A DNA stretch of 64,000 nucleotides, taken from Spirochaetaceae bacterium. Lineage in GTDB: Bacteria > Spirochaetota > Spirochaetia > DSM-2461. Positions 20,818 to 31,222 of the stretch are shown here, in pieces; the stretch's first letter is position 1, and each line of letters opens with the position of its first letter. A program made the position numbers and the translations under genes. Below the pieces are notes generated by a model. The model had not been told where the DNA came from. It saw only the letters and a program-made list of their open reading frames with translations, and did not search any database. The stretch lies in NCBI GenBank assembly GCA_051531975.1, contig JAOPTT010000004.1, forward strand, positions 96,001 through 160,000. Direction: 5' to 3'.

Positions 20818-21633
20818 CTATAAATTACTGCTACTTTTAATATAACGCTTTTTTTCAATATAATGAATAATAATTACTGATAAGCCGGTAAAAACTAGAA
20901 TATTTATTAATGATTCAATAGGGTTTATATCTTCTCTTAATAAAAAAACTGGAGCGGATGTAATTGGGGAATTAGGATAATTAAGAAAATTTATTGTAAA
21001 AAAGTTATTAGCAAAATGTATTCCTACTGAATATTCCAATCCTTTATATTTTATTCTTAGATAAGACAAGAGCATTGCCATTATTATATATGATGCAAAA
21101 AACAGTAATTTTTGATCTTTTACCTCTGGATTAGCTAAGTGGGGTAGTGCAAATAGTATTGATGAAGCTAATATTAAAAATAACATGTTATTTTTAATAG
21201 ACTTTAGAAAGTCAATTAAATAGCCCCTAAAAAGTAGCTCTTCAGCTGTTATCTGAATTGGAGTTAATATCATTGATAATAAAAGAAAATAGAGGGACTT
21301 TTTAAAGTCAAAAGTTAAAATTAACGATTCTGGATTGTAGATGTATATAATAAACAGTGAACTCAAGTTTAGACAAAACCACAAAATAAATCCTATAGCT
21401 ACCTGCTTAAAATTAATTTTTATATTTTCTAACCTATGATAAAATTTATATATAATAACTATCGCTATAGTTAAAGGCATAAAAGATAAATTTAGACCTA
21501 TAAAATAATCTATTTTGTCTCCAGATGTTAATAGTTTCGTTATTAAAGGACCTAAAATAAAACTAAGAAGTGATGTTAATAGAAGTATTAATAATCCTCC
21601 TATAATAAAATTATACCATCGGTAATTTTTCAT
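20818..21633 (-). CDS. CPBP-family (CAAX/Abi) intramembrane metalloprotease
   Basis: EELLFRG, FALPH, HFANN motifs. Confidence 0.88.
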   Translation of the reverse strand: MKNYRWYNFIIGGLLILLLTSLLSFILGPLITKLLTSGDKIDYFIGLNLSFMPLTIAIVIIYKFYHRLENIKINFKQVAIGFILWFCLNLSSLFIIYIYNPESLILTFDFKKSLYFLLLSMILTPIQITAEELLFRGYLIDFLKSIKNNMLFLILASSILFALPHLANPEVKDQKLLFFASYIIMAMLLSYLRIKYKGLEYSVGIHFANNFFTINFLNYPNSPITSAPVFLLREDINPIESLINILVFTGLSVIIIHYIEKKRYIKSSSNL

Positions 21634-21677
21634 TTCTAAATATTAACATAATATTATATAAAATATACACTGTTTTT

Positions 21678-22232
21678 ATGGATGAAAATTTAGAAAAACT
21701 ATTGAGAGAAAACAGAGTTTTAAAATCAGATAGAATTACACTTAGACCCTTTACTATAGAGGATGTAGAAGACTTTTTCGAAGTCAGCTCAGATGTCAAA
21801 GTAAGTGAGTATTTAACTTGGGGTCCCCATACACATATTGATCAAGCAAAAGACTCTATCGAAAATAGATTTTGTAATAACATTGGGGTTTATGCCATAG
21901 AGTTAAAACCGGGAAACAAGTGTTTAGGGTGTATTGATCTAAGGGTCGAAGAAGATCATAAGAAGGCCAGCTTTGGTTTTATGTTAAATAAAAACTACTG
22001 GGGACACGGGTATATGACAGAAACTCTTTTATTGGTGCTAAAGTTATGTTTCGGGACTCTTAAACTAAATAGAGTAGAAAGTTCTTGTTACAAGGGGAAT
22101 GAAGGTTCTGGTAGAGTTATGGAGAAATGTGGCATGAAGCTTGAAGGGTTTTTTAAGCAGGAGTTAATAGTTAAAGAAAGATTAGTAGATGTTTATCATT
22201 ATGGTATATTAGCCGAGGATTTTAAAAACTAG
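21678..22232 (+). CDS. GNAT N-acetyltransferase (RimJ/RimL family)
   Basis: RITLRP, YWGHGYMTE, NEGSGRVMEKCGMKLEG. Confidence 0.88.
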   Translation: MDENLEKLLRENRVLKSDRITLRPFTIEDVEDFFEVSSDVKVSEYLTWGPHTHIDQAKDSIENRFCNNIGVYAIELKPGNKCLGCIDLRVEEDHKKASFGFMLNKNYWGHGYMTETLLLVLKLCFGTLKLNRVESSCYKGNEGSGRVMEKCGMKLEGFFKQELIVKERLVDVYHYGILAEDFKN

Positions 22233-22257
22233 ATGGGACATAAGTCCCTTCTAGTTT
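22226..22257. terminator. Hairpin between convergent GNAT and PrsA-like genes
   Basis: AAACTAGATGGGAC-ataa-GTCCCTTCTAGTTT (one mismatch). Confidence 0.65.
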
Positions 22258-22265
22258 ATTAATAT

Positions 22266-23207
22266 TTACTCTTTAATTTCAGCCCAATCTGGCTTCTTAA
22301 TCTTTGCATCTTCTTCTACTTTAGTAAAAAATCGTTCTCTTTTAAGTTGACTTGTAATAAAAGTTACAGTCTCTTCGAATGGTGCAATCTCTGCATCAGA
22401 TCTAGATTCTACTTTTATAATGTGGTAACCAAATTGAGTTAAAACTGGCTGGCTAACTTCATTTATAGCAATGTTGAATGCTACATCTTCAAATTCTTTA
22501 ACCATTTGACCTTTTTGGAATTGACCTAGCTGCCCACCATTTGTATTAGACGGACCTTGAGAATATTTTGCTGCTGCTTCACCAAAGTCTAAACCAGACA
22601 TGATCTCTTCTCTGATAGCTGTTGCTTCAACTAATGCTTTTGCAGTATCCCCTTCTTCAGGAACTATTAAAATATGTCTACAAGAGTTAATAGTTGGTTG
22701 CTTAGTAAATATTCTCTCTTTGTTCTCTTCATAATATGTATTTAAGTCTTCGTCTGATAATGTGATCTCATCTGTTTCTGATGCGTATTCACTTAAATCC
22801 TGAAGTCTGAACTGGTAAGTAAACTCTTTTTTTAGTTCATCTATAGTAAAACCCTGTGCTTCTATTTCCTGGATCATCTTTTCTTCAGAACCGTATTGAG
22901 TTATCATCTGCTGTAATTGATCTTCAACTGATTGTGGGTCTGCCTCTATACCTAATTCATCTAGTTTTTTTGTAAAAACTCTTTTCTGAATCATAGAATT
23001 AAGAATCTGAGACTCAAACTGTGCATTCTCTTCTTCTGACATTTCATAGTCTGCAGGAATAATTCCTTGGAACTTCTTTAATTCTGCATCAAACTCACCC
23101 TGAGTTATTTTCTCTTTTCCAATAGACGCAATTGCTTTATCTTCTGGAGCCGTATTGCAGCTAAATAACAGTGTAATTAGTGTTATACCTAATAATAATT
23201 TCTTCAT
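22266..23207 (-). CDS. PrsA-like lipoprotein foldase (parvulin PPIase)
   Basis: Lipobox LFSC; RHILI, FGEAAAKYS, GGQLG, MVKEFE, FGYHII. Confidence 0.88.
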   Translation of the reverse strand: MKKLLLGITLITLLFSCNTAPEDKAIASIGKEKITQGEFDAELKKFQGIIPADYEMSEEENAQFESQILNSMIQKRVFTKKLDELGIEADPQSVEDQLQQMITQYGSEEKMIQEIEAQGFTIDELKKEFTYQFRLQDLSEYASETDEITLSDEDLNTYYEENKERIFTKQPTINSCRHILIVPEEGDTAKALVEATAIREEIMSGLDFGEAAAKYSQGPSNTNGGQLGQFQKGQMVKEFEDVAFNIAINEVSQPVLTQFGYHIIKVESRSDAEIAPFEETVTFITSQLKRERFFTKVEEDAKIKKPDWAEIKE

Positions 23208-23241
23208 GTAAACCTCATATATCTTTTAATTTAATTTCTGT

Positions 23242-24153
23242 TTAATACATCTCTTTGCCAAATGCATGGCAAAGTAGTTCAACAGCTAACTCTGCTGTTT
23301 GGTTATATATATCTAAAGCAGGATTAACTTCAACTAGTTCAAAACTTGATACTTTATTGCATTTAGATATTGCTTCTAATAATAGTGCAACTTCACGGAA
23401 GTGTAGGCCTCCAGGAACTCTAGTTCCCGTCCCCGGTGCTTCTTTAGGGTCAAGTGAGTCTACATCAAAAGAGACATGAACATGATCCACATCTTTTGTT
23501 GCAATTTTTATTGCTTCCTCAGTTATCTCCGTTATTCCCCGTTTCATAATATCCATCATTGTAAATACTGTAACATTTGTACTTTTTAGAAGTTTTGCTT
23601 CATTTGAGTCAATCTCTCTAGCTGCTATAATTACACAGTTCTCCTCAATTGCAGTAGGAGAAGGTCCAAGACTTAAAAGATCTTTATTACCCCGACCTGT
23701 AGCAATTGCCAGTGGCATCCCATGTATATTCCCTGTAGGAGAGGTCTCTGGTAAGTTGAAATCTCCATGAGCATCAATCCAAATTACTCCAGTATTACCG
23801 CCATGTATTTTTTTTAATCCAGCCATTGATCCAATAGATATGCTATGATCTCCACCAAGAATCAGAGGCATATATCCTGAATCAATAATTAACTCTACTC
23901 TTGTTTTTAGAAGAGTACATGTATCCATAATAATGTCTAAATAGTTAAGCCCTATGTTGTCTGGATCAATTGAATCAAACTGATCTACAGTATAACAATC
24001 GACGGTTCCAAAATCCTTTACTTCGTGGCCAAGTCCCCGGAGTCTAGAAATTAAACCTGCAACTCTAATGGCTCCAGGACCCATGTCTACACCTTTTTTA
24101 GATGCACCAACATCTTGGGGGACTCCAATAAGTCCAATTTTCTTGAATTTCAT
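23242..24153 (-). CDS. rocF: Arginase
   Basis: GVDMGP, GGDHS, WIDAHGDFN, GNIHGMP, SFDVDSLDP, EVNP. Confidence 0.93.
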   Translation of the reverse strand: MKFKKIGLIGVPQDVGASKKGVDMGPGAIRVAGLISRLRGLGHEVKDFGTVDCYTVDQFDSIDPDNIGLNYLDIIMDTCTLLKTRVELIIDSGYMPLILGGDHSISIGSMAGLKKIHGGNTGVIWIDAHGDFNLPETSPTGNIHGMPLAIATGRGNKDLLSLGPSPTAIEENCVIIAAREIDSNEAKLLKSTNVTVFTMMDIMKRGITEITEEAIKIATKDVDHVHVSFDVDSLDPKEAPGTGTRVPGGLHFREVALLLEAISKCNKVSSFELVEVNPALDIYNQTAELAVELLCHAFGKEMY

Positions 24154-24230
24154 GAAAAATATAATAACATAACAACAATAAAAGTAGAACTAATAACTGA
24201 AAAATGTTAAATTTGTAATGGAGTGTTTTA

Positions 24231-24455
24231 ATGAGAAGATTTTTAGAATATGGGGCTCTTTCTGCTGCCTTATTTACCCTTTGTTATATAGGAATAACAT
24301 TCTTTACTAGTGTGACAATAAACTTAACTTCAATTGCTCTATGTATTTGTGGTGGTCTAGTTGCCGGAATAGTCGTTTCTGCTCTGTTTTATTTCTTCTC
24401 TCCTGGAGATTTTATCCCTGAAGGTGAAGAGGATAAGTATATTAATAAACCTTAA
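24231..24455 (+). CDS. Small two-TM hypothetical membrane protein
   Basis: 74 aa, two hydrophobic segments, GGAG RBS upstream. Confidence 0.6.
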   Translation: MRRFLEYGALSAALFTLCYIGITFFTSVTINLTSIALCICGGLVAGIVVSALFYFFSPGDFIPEGEEDKYINKP

Positions 24456-25549
24456 AGCCTCATTGTAATTTTTTTAAAAAAATCTATTTCTTTAGTAATG
24501 TTTTTATCTGAAAGAAGTGCCCATGATGCATAATCCATAGCTTTAGAAGATGCTAAGGCATTTAGTTCTATATAGTTAAGATGGTCAGTTTCTATCGATT
24601 TTTTATCTGCAGTTATATCATTCAATGCAATAGCTGCTGCTGCAATAACTTGTTTTGGGGTTCCTCCCATAATTTGAGTGGCTGCTGCACTTGCCATAGA
24701 TGTTGCTATTGTTATATCGGATATGATAGAACCTTCTTGTATATCTTTATAGAGTAATTTCCCTATCATCCCTGCTGTAATTAAACCTCTAATGATTCTT
24801 GTTTCAGATACTTTGTATGTTTCCATTAATTCATAGAGAACCCCAGGGATTACACCACAACTTTTTGCTGTAGGTGCTGCTACAATAGATTTTGCAGATG
24901 CATTTTCTTCTATAACTGCTAATGAATATGATAATGTTTTACTGATTTGCTGTATAAAGTCTCTGTTGTGTATCGATCTAGATAAAAATAGTGAAGCTCT
25001 TCTGGTTCCTAAATCAGGATTAGGTAATCCACCTTCTACTTCAAGGCCTTTAGCTATAGATTTTTTCATTAGACTCCATTTAAGACTTATATACTCTTCT
25101 AAATTTGAAGAATCACATTTAAGAGCAAATTCCCAAACTGTTCGACCATTGTCATATGCCCAATCAATTAAATCCTGAGCTGTAACCTCGGGGATATTAG
25201 GATCTTCTATTTCTGAAACTTCCCCAAGTTTAGTTATGTGATGTAGTTCTTCCCTTAATAATACCTTGTTTTTACCAAAAGATTGGAATTTAAGGGCTAT
25301 AACATCATCTGGTAGATCTGATTCATCATCGGTAATTATTCGAGCAACATATGGAGATATGGCATTTTTTAATGCTTGGACTGTAAAGTTTTCATCAGCA
25401 TTATCTTTTAACTTCCCATAAAGAGTTACCTTGATTGTTGTTGCATCTTTACATTCATCTTTAAATTCTATTGCTAAACGGTATGGATGAATTGAGTAAG
25501 TACTACTTGGTCCTGGACCATGTCTAAAAAGGTTTTTTATCGATATCAT
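24452..25549 (-). CDS. L-serine dehydratase (SdaA)-like protein with degenerate catalytic and Fe-S motifs
   Basis: GPGPSS, VTLYG, EENA..IVAAPT..SCGVIPGVL, SMASAAA..MGGTP; canonical Cys motifs absent. Confidence 0.75.
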   Translation of the reverse strand: MISIKNLFRHGPGPSSTYSIHPYRLAIEFKDECKDATTIKVTLYGKLKDNADENFTVQALKNAISPYVARIITDDESDLPDDVIALKFQSFGKNKVLLREELHHITKLGEVSEIEDPNIPEVTAQDLIDWAYDNGRTVWEFALKCDSSNLEEYISLKWSLMKKSIAKGLEVEGGLPNPDLGTRRASLFLSRSIHNRDFIQQISKTLSYSLAVIEENASAKSIVAAPTAKSCGVIPGVLYELMETYKVSETRIIRGLITAGMIGKLLYKDIQEGSIISDITIATSMASAAATQIMGGTPKQVIAAAAIALNDITADKKSIETDHLNYIELNALASSKAMDYASWALLSDKNITKEIDFFKKITMRL

Positions 25550-25663
25550 TATTCCGCCCTGTTCGTAATAGATTAATAGCGTTTGTATTTAATTACAAAT
25601 ATTTTTTTATATTCTTTGAATTTTCTTTCAAAGATGGTCATTTAACTATATATTATTGAAGTA

Positions 25664-26746
25664 ATGTGGCGGTTTATTAATATTTGTATACTTTCATTAA
25701 TCTCATTTTCACTATTTAGCCAAGAAATTGTAAAATTAACTTTCGCTGGTGATTTAATGGCTCATGATGTTAATTATAAAACAGAACCACTTTCAGATAT
25801 ATACAAAGGTGTTACAAAAGAGTTATTAGCTGACGATCTTAGTTTTGTAAATATGGAATTTCCTATTGATGAAGATAGAGTACAATCTTCATATCCATCA
25901 TTTAATATCCATCCTAAATTTATACAAGAAGCTATCACAAGCGGATTTGATGTATTTTCATTAGGTAATAATCATACAAATGATTTTGGTTATGGTAGTT
26001 TAATGAAAACTATTAAAAATATGGATGATTTTAAGAATAGAGAAGCAATTATATATTCTGGAGTATACGGTAAGGTTCCAGATTTACTGGAAATAGAAAG
26101 CATTCAAATTGGAGAATTGCATATTGGGTTTATAGCAATTACCCAATTTAGTAATAATTTTTGGAATAAAGAAGGTGCAGCTAAAATTTACACTGTTGAT
26201 TATGATGATGATAAAGAAGCTAACAATTTAAAGACATTTATAAAATCCCAAGAAGATAAATATGACTGCCTTATTTTATCTTACCATGGTGGAAAAGAGT
26301 ACGCTAAATATCCTTCTGATAAAAGAAAAACATTCTTTCTAGATCTTGTAGACTCTGGTGTTGATATACTATGGGGGCATCATCCCCATGTTTTACAACC
26401 ATGGATTCATAAATCTACAGATGGTGGAGATAAACTTATAATGTTTTCTATGGGTAATTTTATATCGGGACAGTTAGCAATTGTTGAACCTTGGGAACAT
26501 AATAAAAACTTTTCAGCCTCCGGGGTTTCCGCACTATTTAGGGCTGGACTTTATATGGAAGATGGGAAACTTAGAATGGACAATGTCGGGCCTAAGATTA
26601 CTGTGAATGTAAGAAATGAAAATAACTCATTTGTTACTGTATATAAAGATGATTTTTTAACTTATCCGATGAGTGAAAATTGGAAAGATTTTTATACTAA
26701 GATATTCCCAATTGCAGAACATAGGATAAGAAAAGAGGATCTATAA
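25664..26746 (+). CDS. CapA-family metallophosphatase domain protein
   Basis: FAGDLM, NME, SLGNNHTND, SYHGGKEY, GHHPHVLQ, SMGNF. Confidence 0.88.
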   Translation: MWRFINICILSLISFSLFSQEIVKLTFAGDLMAHDVNYKTEPLSDIYKGVTKELLADDLSFVNMEFPIDEDRVQSSYPSFNIHPKFIQEAITSGFDVFSLGNNHTNDFGYGSLMKTIKNMDDFKNREAIIYSGVYGKVPDLLEIESIQIGELHIGFIAITQFSNNFWNKEGAAKIYTVDYDDDKEANNLKTFIKSQEDKYDCLILSYHGGKEYAKYPSDKRKTFFLDLVDSGVDILWGHHPHVLQPWIHKSTDGGDKLIMFSMGNFISGQLAIVEPWEHNKNFSASGVSALFRAGLYMEDGKLRMDNVGPKITVNVRNENNSFVTVYKDDFLTYPMSENWKDFYTKIFPIAEHRIRKEDL

Positions 26747-27351
26747 TGAACCTTAAAGTACTGTTTTTAATTTTTGTTTTCTTTTTGTCATTAGGAATTA
26801 ATAGCTTAGAAGTTGGAATTGAAGGTGGATATTCTTACTTCGAATATGCTGAAGTTGGACCTAATAATAAAGATGACTTGTACTCTATAAAATCTGGTTT
26901 AGTTGGACTTTTTATTAAAAAAGATATATTTGATTTAGAATTAATAACTTCTATTAAAGCTCAGTTACCATTCGATCTTATTTTTACTGATGCTTTAGGT
27001 ACTGATGAGACAAACTATTTAGACTCTCTATATTATTATGGGCTAAATGCCCAACTTGGGTTTTTATGCCCAATAAAATTAAACAATCTAATAATTTCTC
27101 CTGGGATTCTATTAAATTATGACTATTTCTATTTTAAAGAATCTTTATCTGAACCATATACCGAGTACAGTTTTTCTATATTAGGTATAGGTGGAGAGTT
27201 AAATTTATATCTGCCTTTAGAACAAAACATATATTTAGGAATAAAAAGTTCTGGAGTATTAAATCTCTTACCTTTAAATGAAAGAAGCGGGGATCTATTA
27301 TGGTCTTACAATATTCTTACAACCTTATTCATATCTTTTATATTGCAATAA
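26746..27351 (+). CDS. Exported hypothetical protein, possible outer-membrane beta-barrel
   Basis: Signal peptide; alternating aromatic/Gly beta-strand patterns. Confidence 0.5.
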   Translation: MNLKVLFLIFVFFLSLGINSLEVGIEGGYSYFEYAEVGPNNKDDLYSIKSGLVGLFIKKDIFDLELITSIKAQLPFDLIFTDALGTDETNYLDSLYYYGLNAQLGFLCPIKLNNLIISPGILLNYDYFYFKESLSEPYTEYSFSILGIGGELNLYLPLEQNIYLGIKSSGVLNLLPLNERSGDLLWSYNILTTLFISFILQ

Positions 27352-27400
27352 AAACTATATGTACTATATTTATAAATAGAACACTTAATTAGGATGTATT

Positions 27401-27775
27401 ATGAGTTTTAATGTATTGATAGTAGATGATTCACAGTTTGTACGCAAAATTTTATTAAAATCTTTATCTGAGATTTTTTCTGACAAAAATCCTGTTTTTA
27501 AAGATGCTAATAATGGAGAAGTTGCTTTAGAATTAATACAGAAGAATAGTTTCGATTTAGCTTTCTTTGATTTAACAATGCCTATAATGGATGGATTTCA
27601 ACTTTTAAAAGAGTTAAAAAAACAAAAGATAAAACTTCCAGTAATAGTATTGTCTGCAGATGTTCAAGAGTTTACTGCTGATATGGTAAATGAACTTGGT
27701 GTCTTAGGTTTTATGAATAAGCCATTTAATTATAAAAAAGCTGTAGAACTATTAACGGAGTTAAAAATACTATGA
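27401..27775 (+). CDS. Single-domain response regulator (CheY-like)
   Basis: LIVDDS, FFDLTMP, LSAD, KP. Confidence 0.9.
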   Translation: MSFNVLIVDDSQFVRKILLKSLSEIFSDKNPVFKDANNGEVALELIQKNSFDLAFFDLTMPIMDGFQLLKELKKQKIKLPVIVLSADVQEFTADMVNELGVLGFMNKPFNYKKAVELLTELKIL

Positions 27776-28419
27776 GTAAAATTGAATTTTCTGAAGATGA
27801 ATATGATCTTTTTACAGAATTAATAAATGTTTCTATGGGTCTTTCTGCTGCTGAGTTAGCAAAACTTTTTAATCATTATGTTGAGTTGAAAGTTCCAACC
27901 GTAGTTATTGAATCTTCTGAGTCGATCCCAGAGACAATTGTTAAAAGTAGTCTCTTTTCTGAGACTGAAAATGTTACTATTATTAAACAAAGATTTGATA
28001 ATAGTAGTTCTCTTAAAGGTGAAGGGGCTATAATTCTAAATCAGAAAACCAAAGAAGCGATTTTACCCTTGTTAGGTCTATCAACTGAAGATCTTGGTTC
28101 AGATAGTAGTAATGATTTTTTACTAGAACTTTCAAGTCAATTAGTAGGGTCATGTCTTTCTAAACTTTTTAATCAGTTTTTTGATTCTCCAATAATATTT
28201 GAATCACCACAAATTGTTGCTGAGGATGAAATGTTAAGAAAGGTTGCATACCAAGCTTTTGAGCAGGATCAGCATCAATTTGGGGATATTTTATGTTCAA
28301 AAATAAACTTTGTAATTAATAAGTTTAACTTTCAGTGTGACTTATTCTTTTTTGTTGATACAGATTCCCTTACTCATTTACAGTCGGCATTACAAAAGAT
28401 ATTAAAAGAGAGTTTTTAA
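27772..28419 (+). CDS. CheC-like phosphatase-family protein
   Basis: D...ELINVSMG.SA..LA, LKVP.V; second ExxN motif degenerate (ELSSQLVG). Confidence 0.75.
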   Translation: MSKIEFSEDEYDLFTELINVSMGLSAAELAKLFNHYVELKVPTVVIESSESIPETIVKSSLFSETENVTIIKQRFDNSSSLKGEGAIILNQKTKEAILPLLGLSTEDLGSDSSNDFLLELSSQLVGSCLSKLFNQFFDSPIIFESPQIVAEDEMLRKVAYQAFEQDQHQFGDILCSKINFVINKFNFQCDLFFFVDTDSLTHLQSALQKILKESF

Positions 28420-29349
28420 ATGTCTGTTTTTGGTTTAGAACTCTTAAGTGAGATTAATAATAATATTGAACTAGGTCTGATTGTTATCGATTCAGATGAT
28501 AATATATGTCTGTGGAATTCTTTTATGGTAAATCATTCTACAATTAAAACTGTTGATGTAATGGGGAAGGAGCTTTTTGATGTCTTTCCAGCTCTACCAA
28601 AAATCTGGTTAAAACTTAAACTTAAGGGTGTAAGACAATTAAAAAATATTTCAAAAGTATCATGGGAGCAGAGACCAATTCTCTTTGAGTTTAAATACGG
28701 AGGAACTATGTTGCAAAATTGTTCTTTTATCCCTATTTCTGATCCAGTAACAGGTGATGATTATGTATGTATAACAATACAAAATGTTTCGGATTTTGCT
28801 AAAGATAAACTTGATTTAAATGAGATGATACAGATAAATAGAAGTCTTGAGGAAATATCTAGTATTGATTTTTTAACTGAAATTTATAATAGACGTTACA
28901 TATTAGAACAATTAGAAAGTAAAATTACTAATAGAGATAAAGCTAAAGATAATTTGACTCTTGTTATGTTCGATTTAGACCATTTTAAATCTGTAAATGA
29001 TAATTATGGCCATATAGCTGGGGATAGAGTGTTAAAATATGTGTCTAAAACTGTATCTGATTCACTACTACCTAACTCTCTGTTTGGTCGTTATGGTGGG
29101 GAAGAATTTCTTTTAATCTTTTGTGGAAATGATTTAGCTGAGATAAGTGCATGGGTAGAGCAAATAAGGATAAAAATTCATAAAGGTTCTGTTCCCACGA
29201 ATGAGAATGAGATAAAAGTTACTGCAAGCTTCGGAATAGCTGAATTTACAGCAGAATCAAAAGATTATTTTGAGACCCTTCATAGGGCAGATGTTGCTAT
29301 GTACCGATCAAAAAACAGTGGTAGAAACAGAGTTACTTTATATTCATAG
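28420..29349 (+). CDS. PAS-GGDEF diguanylate cyclase
   Basis: GLIVID..LWN.FM PAS-like N-terminus; DFLT..NRR, DLDHFK.VND.YGH, RYGGEEF; no RxxD I-site. Confidence 0.9.
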   Translation: MSVFGLELLSEINNNIELGLIVIDSDDNICLWNSFMVNHSTIKTVDVMGKELFDVFPALPKIWLKLKLKGVRQLKNISKVSWEQRPILFEFKYGGTMLQNCSFIPISDPVTGDDYVCITIQNVSDFAKDKLDLNEMIQINRSLEEISSIDFLTEIYNRRYILEQLESKITNRDKAKDNLTLVMFDLDHFKSVNDNYGHIAGDRVLKYVSKTVSDSLLPNSLFGRYGGEEFLLIFCGNDLAEISAWVEQIRIKIHKGSVPTNENEIKVTASFGIAEFTAESKDYFETLHRADVAMYRSKNSGRNRVTLYS

Positions 29350-31137
29350 TTTTTCTGAATAACTTCCTCTAATTTCATTCATAAAAAGGTCTCCATATGT
29401 TTCAAGCTTCTTTTGCCCAACTCCATTAACTAATAGAAAGTCATCTGAAGTCTCAGGTTTAAGAGAACTCATATCTGCTAATGTTTTGTCTGAAAAAACA
29501 ACATACGGTGGAACATTTTTCTCCTTAGCAATTTTAAACCTTAATACCCTAAGTTTTTCAAACAACTCTTGATCAGCGGTCAAAGGTTCTGATGATCTTT
29601 TAGGTTTTGTTTTAGGTTCAACTCTCTTAACCATTTCTAGTGATTCTCTACCAAGTAAAACTTCTCTTCCCTTCATTGTTAATACAAGAGCATTAAATCG
29701 TTCTGAGTCTTGTATTAGACACTCTTGTCCTAATAACTCATCGATAACCGAATGCCAGAAGTCTTTGGTTTGATCTTTACCTATTCCATAGGTTTTTATT
29801 TTATCATGTCCAAATTTAAGAACTTTTGCATTATTAGAACCTCGAATAACATCAACGTTATGAACAATACCAAATCTCTCTCCTGTTCGTACTATAGCTG
29901 AGAGTATTTTCTGAGAATCTACTGAGATATCAACCATCTCGTTTTCGTTATTACAGACATCACAATTACCACAATTACCAGGATGTTCTTCTTGGAAATA
30001 GGCTAAAAGTTGTTTACGTCTACAAACATTTCTAGATGCATAACTTACCATCTTATTTAGGTTGTTTCTTGCTTTTGTCTGTTCTTGTTGTTCTGGCATC
30101 TGTTCGATAAAATAATTTATTTTTGCACTATCCCCTCGACTAAATAGAAGGATACACTCTGAAGCTGAACCGTCACGTCCCGCTCTACCTGTTTCTTGAT
30201 AATAACCCTCTACATTTTTAGGTAGATCCCCATGAATAACGAAACTAATATTACTTTTATCAATACCCATCCCAAAAGCGATTGTAGCAACAACAATATC
30301 AACTTCATCTTTGTTAAATCTATCCTGATTTGTAGCTCTATCCTTGTCAGATAATCCTGCATGATAAGGAATTGCCTTTATTCCATTTTGAGATAGGTGA
30401 GTAGCTGTTTTTTCTACATCTTTTCTAGACGTTCTGTAAATTATTCCAGACTTTCCTGTTCTATCTTTTGTGAGTTTTAGAAGTTGGGTTTTAACATCTA
30501 GTTTCTTTATTATTCTGTATGTTATTTCTGGCCTATCGAAGGATGCCCTTGTTATATATGGGAGATTAAGTTGTAATTTATCTATAATATCTGTCTGTAC
30601 TTGTTGTGTTGCTGTCGCTGTAAATGCTGCGACAATAGCTTTTGGAAAAGTGACTTTAATTTTTGAAAGAGATAAATAGTCTGGTCTAAAGTCGTGTCCC
30701 CATTCTGATAGACAGTGGGCTTCATCTACTGCGAAGAGGCTAATATCAAGTTCTTTTAATGTATCAACAAATGTTGGCAGTGCAAATCTTTCAGGAGATA
30801 TATATAATAATTTAATATTTTTTGCATGGAGTTTAGCATATACTTCTAAAGCTTCTTGGCTACTTAGAGAGCTATTAATATATGCTGCGGAGATACCACT
30901 ATCTACAGCTGAATCAACTTGGTCTTTCATTAAGGCAATAAGTGGACTTATAACAATAGTAAGACCAGGTAGAAGTAGAGCTGGAAGCTGGTAACATAAA
31001 GACTTTCCACCTCCTGTAGGCATCGCTGCAAATATATCTCTTCCCTCTAAAATTGAGGTAACAATATCTTCTTGATTCTTTTTAAAACCAGAAAACCCAA
31101 ATACTGACTGTAATGTTTTTTTAATATTCTTTTCCAT
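29344..31137 (-). CDS. recQ: ATP-dependent DNA helicase RecQ
   Basis: MPTGGGKSLCYQ, DEAHC.SEWGHDFRP, QETGRAGRDG, Zn CRR/CGNCDVC, HRDC domain; start set at ATG 31137. Confidence 0.96.
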   Translation of the reverse strand: MEKNIKKTLQSVFGFSGFKKNQEDIVTSILEGRDIFAAMPTGGGKSLCYQLPALLLPGLTIVISPLIALMKDQVDSAVDSGISAAYINSSLSSQEALEVYAKLHAKNIKLLYISPERFALPTFVDTLKELDISLFAVDEAHCLSEWGHDFRPDYLSLSKIKVTFPKAIVAAFTATATQQVQTDIIDKLQLNLPYITRASFDRPEITYRIIKKLDVKTQLLKLTKDRTGKSGIIYRTSRKDVEKTATHLSQNGIKAIPYHAGLSDKDRATNQDRFNKDEVDIVVATIAFGMGIDKSNISFVIHGDLPKNVEGYYQETGRAGRDGSASECILLFSRGDSAKINYFIEQMPEQQEQTKARNNLNKMVSYASRNVCRRKQLLAYFQEEHPGNCGNCDVCNNENEMVDISVDSQKILSAIVRTGERFGIVHNVDVIRGSNNAKVLKFGHDKIKTYGIGKDQTKDFWHSVIDELLGQECLIQDSERFNALVLTMKGREVLLGRESLEMVKRVEPKTKPKRSSEPLTADQELFEKLRVLRFKIAKEKNVPPYVVFSDKTLADMSSLKPETSDDFLLVNGVGQKKLETYGDLFMNEIRGSYSEKL

Positions 31138-31222
31138 CACCGCTATAATATCATCTAATATTTCTTTTTCATATGACTTCACAAGTAATCTATATATGGA
31201 ATTTCAGTAAAAATTCAAAAAG

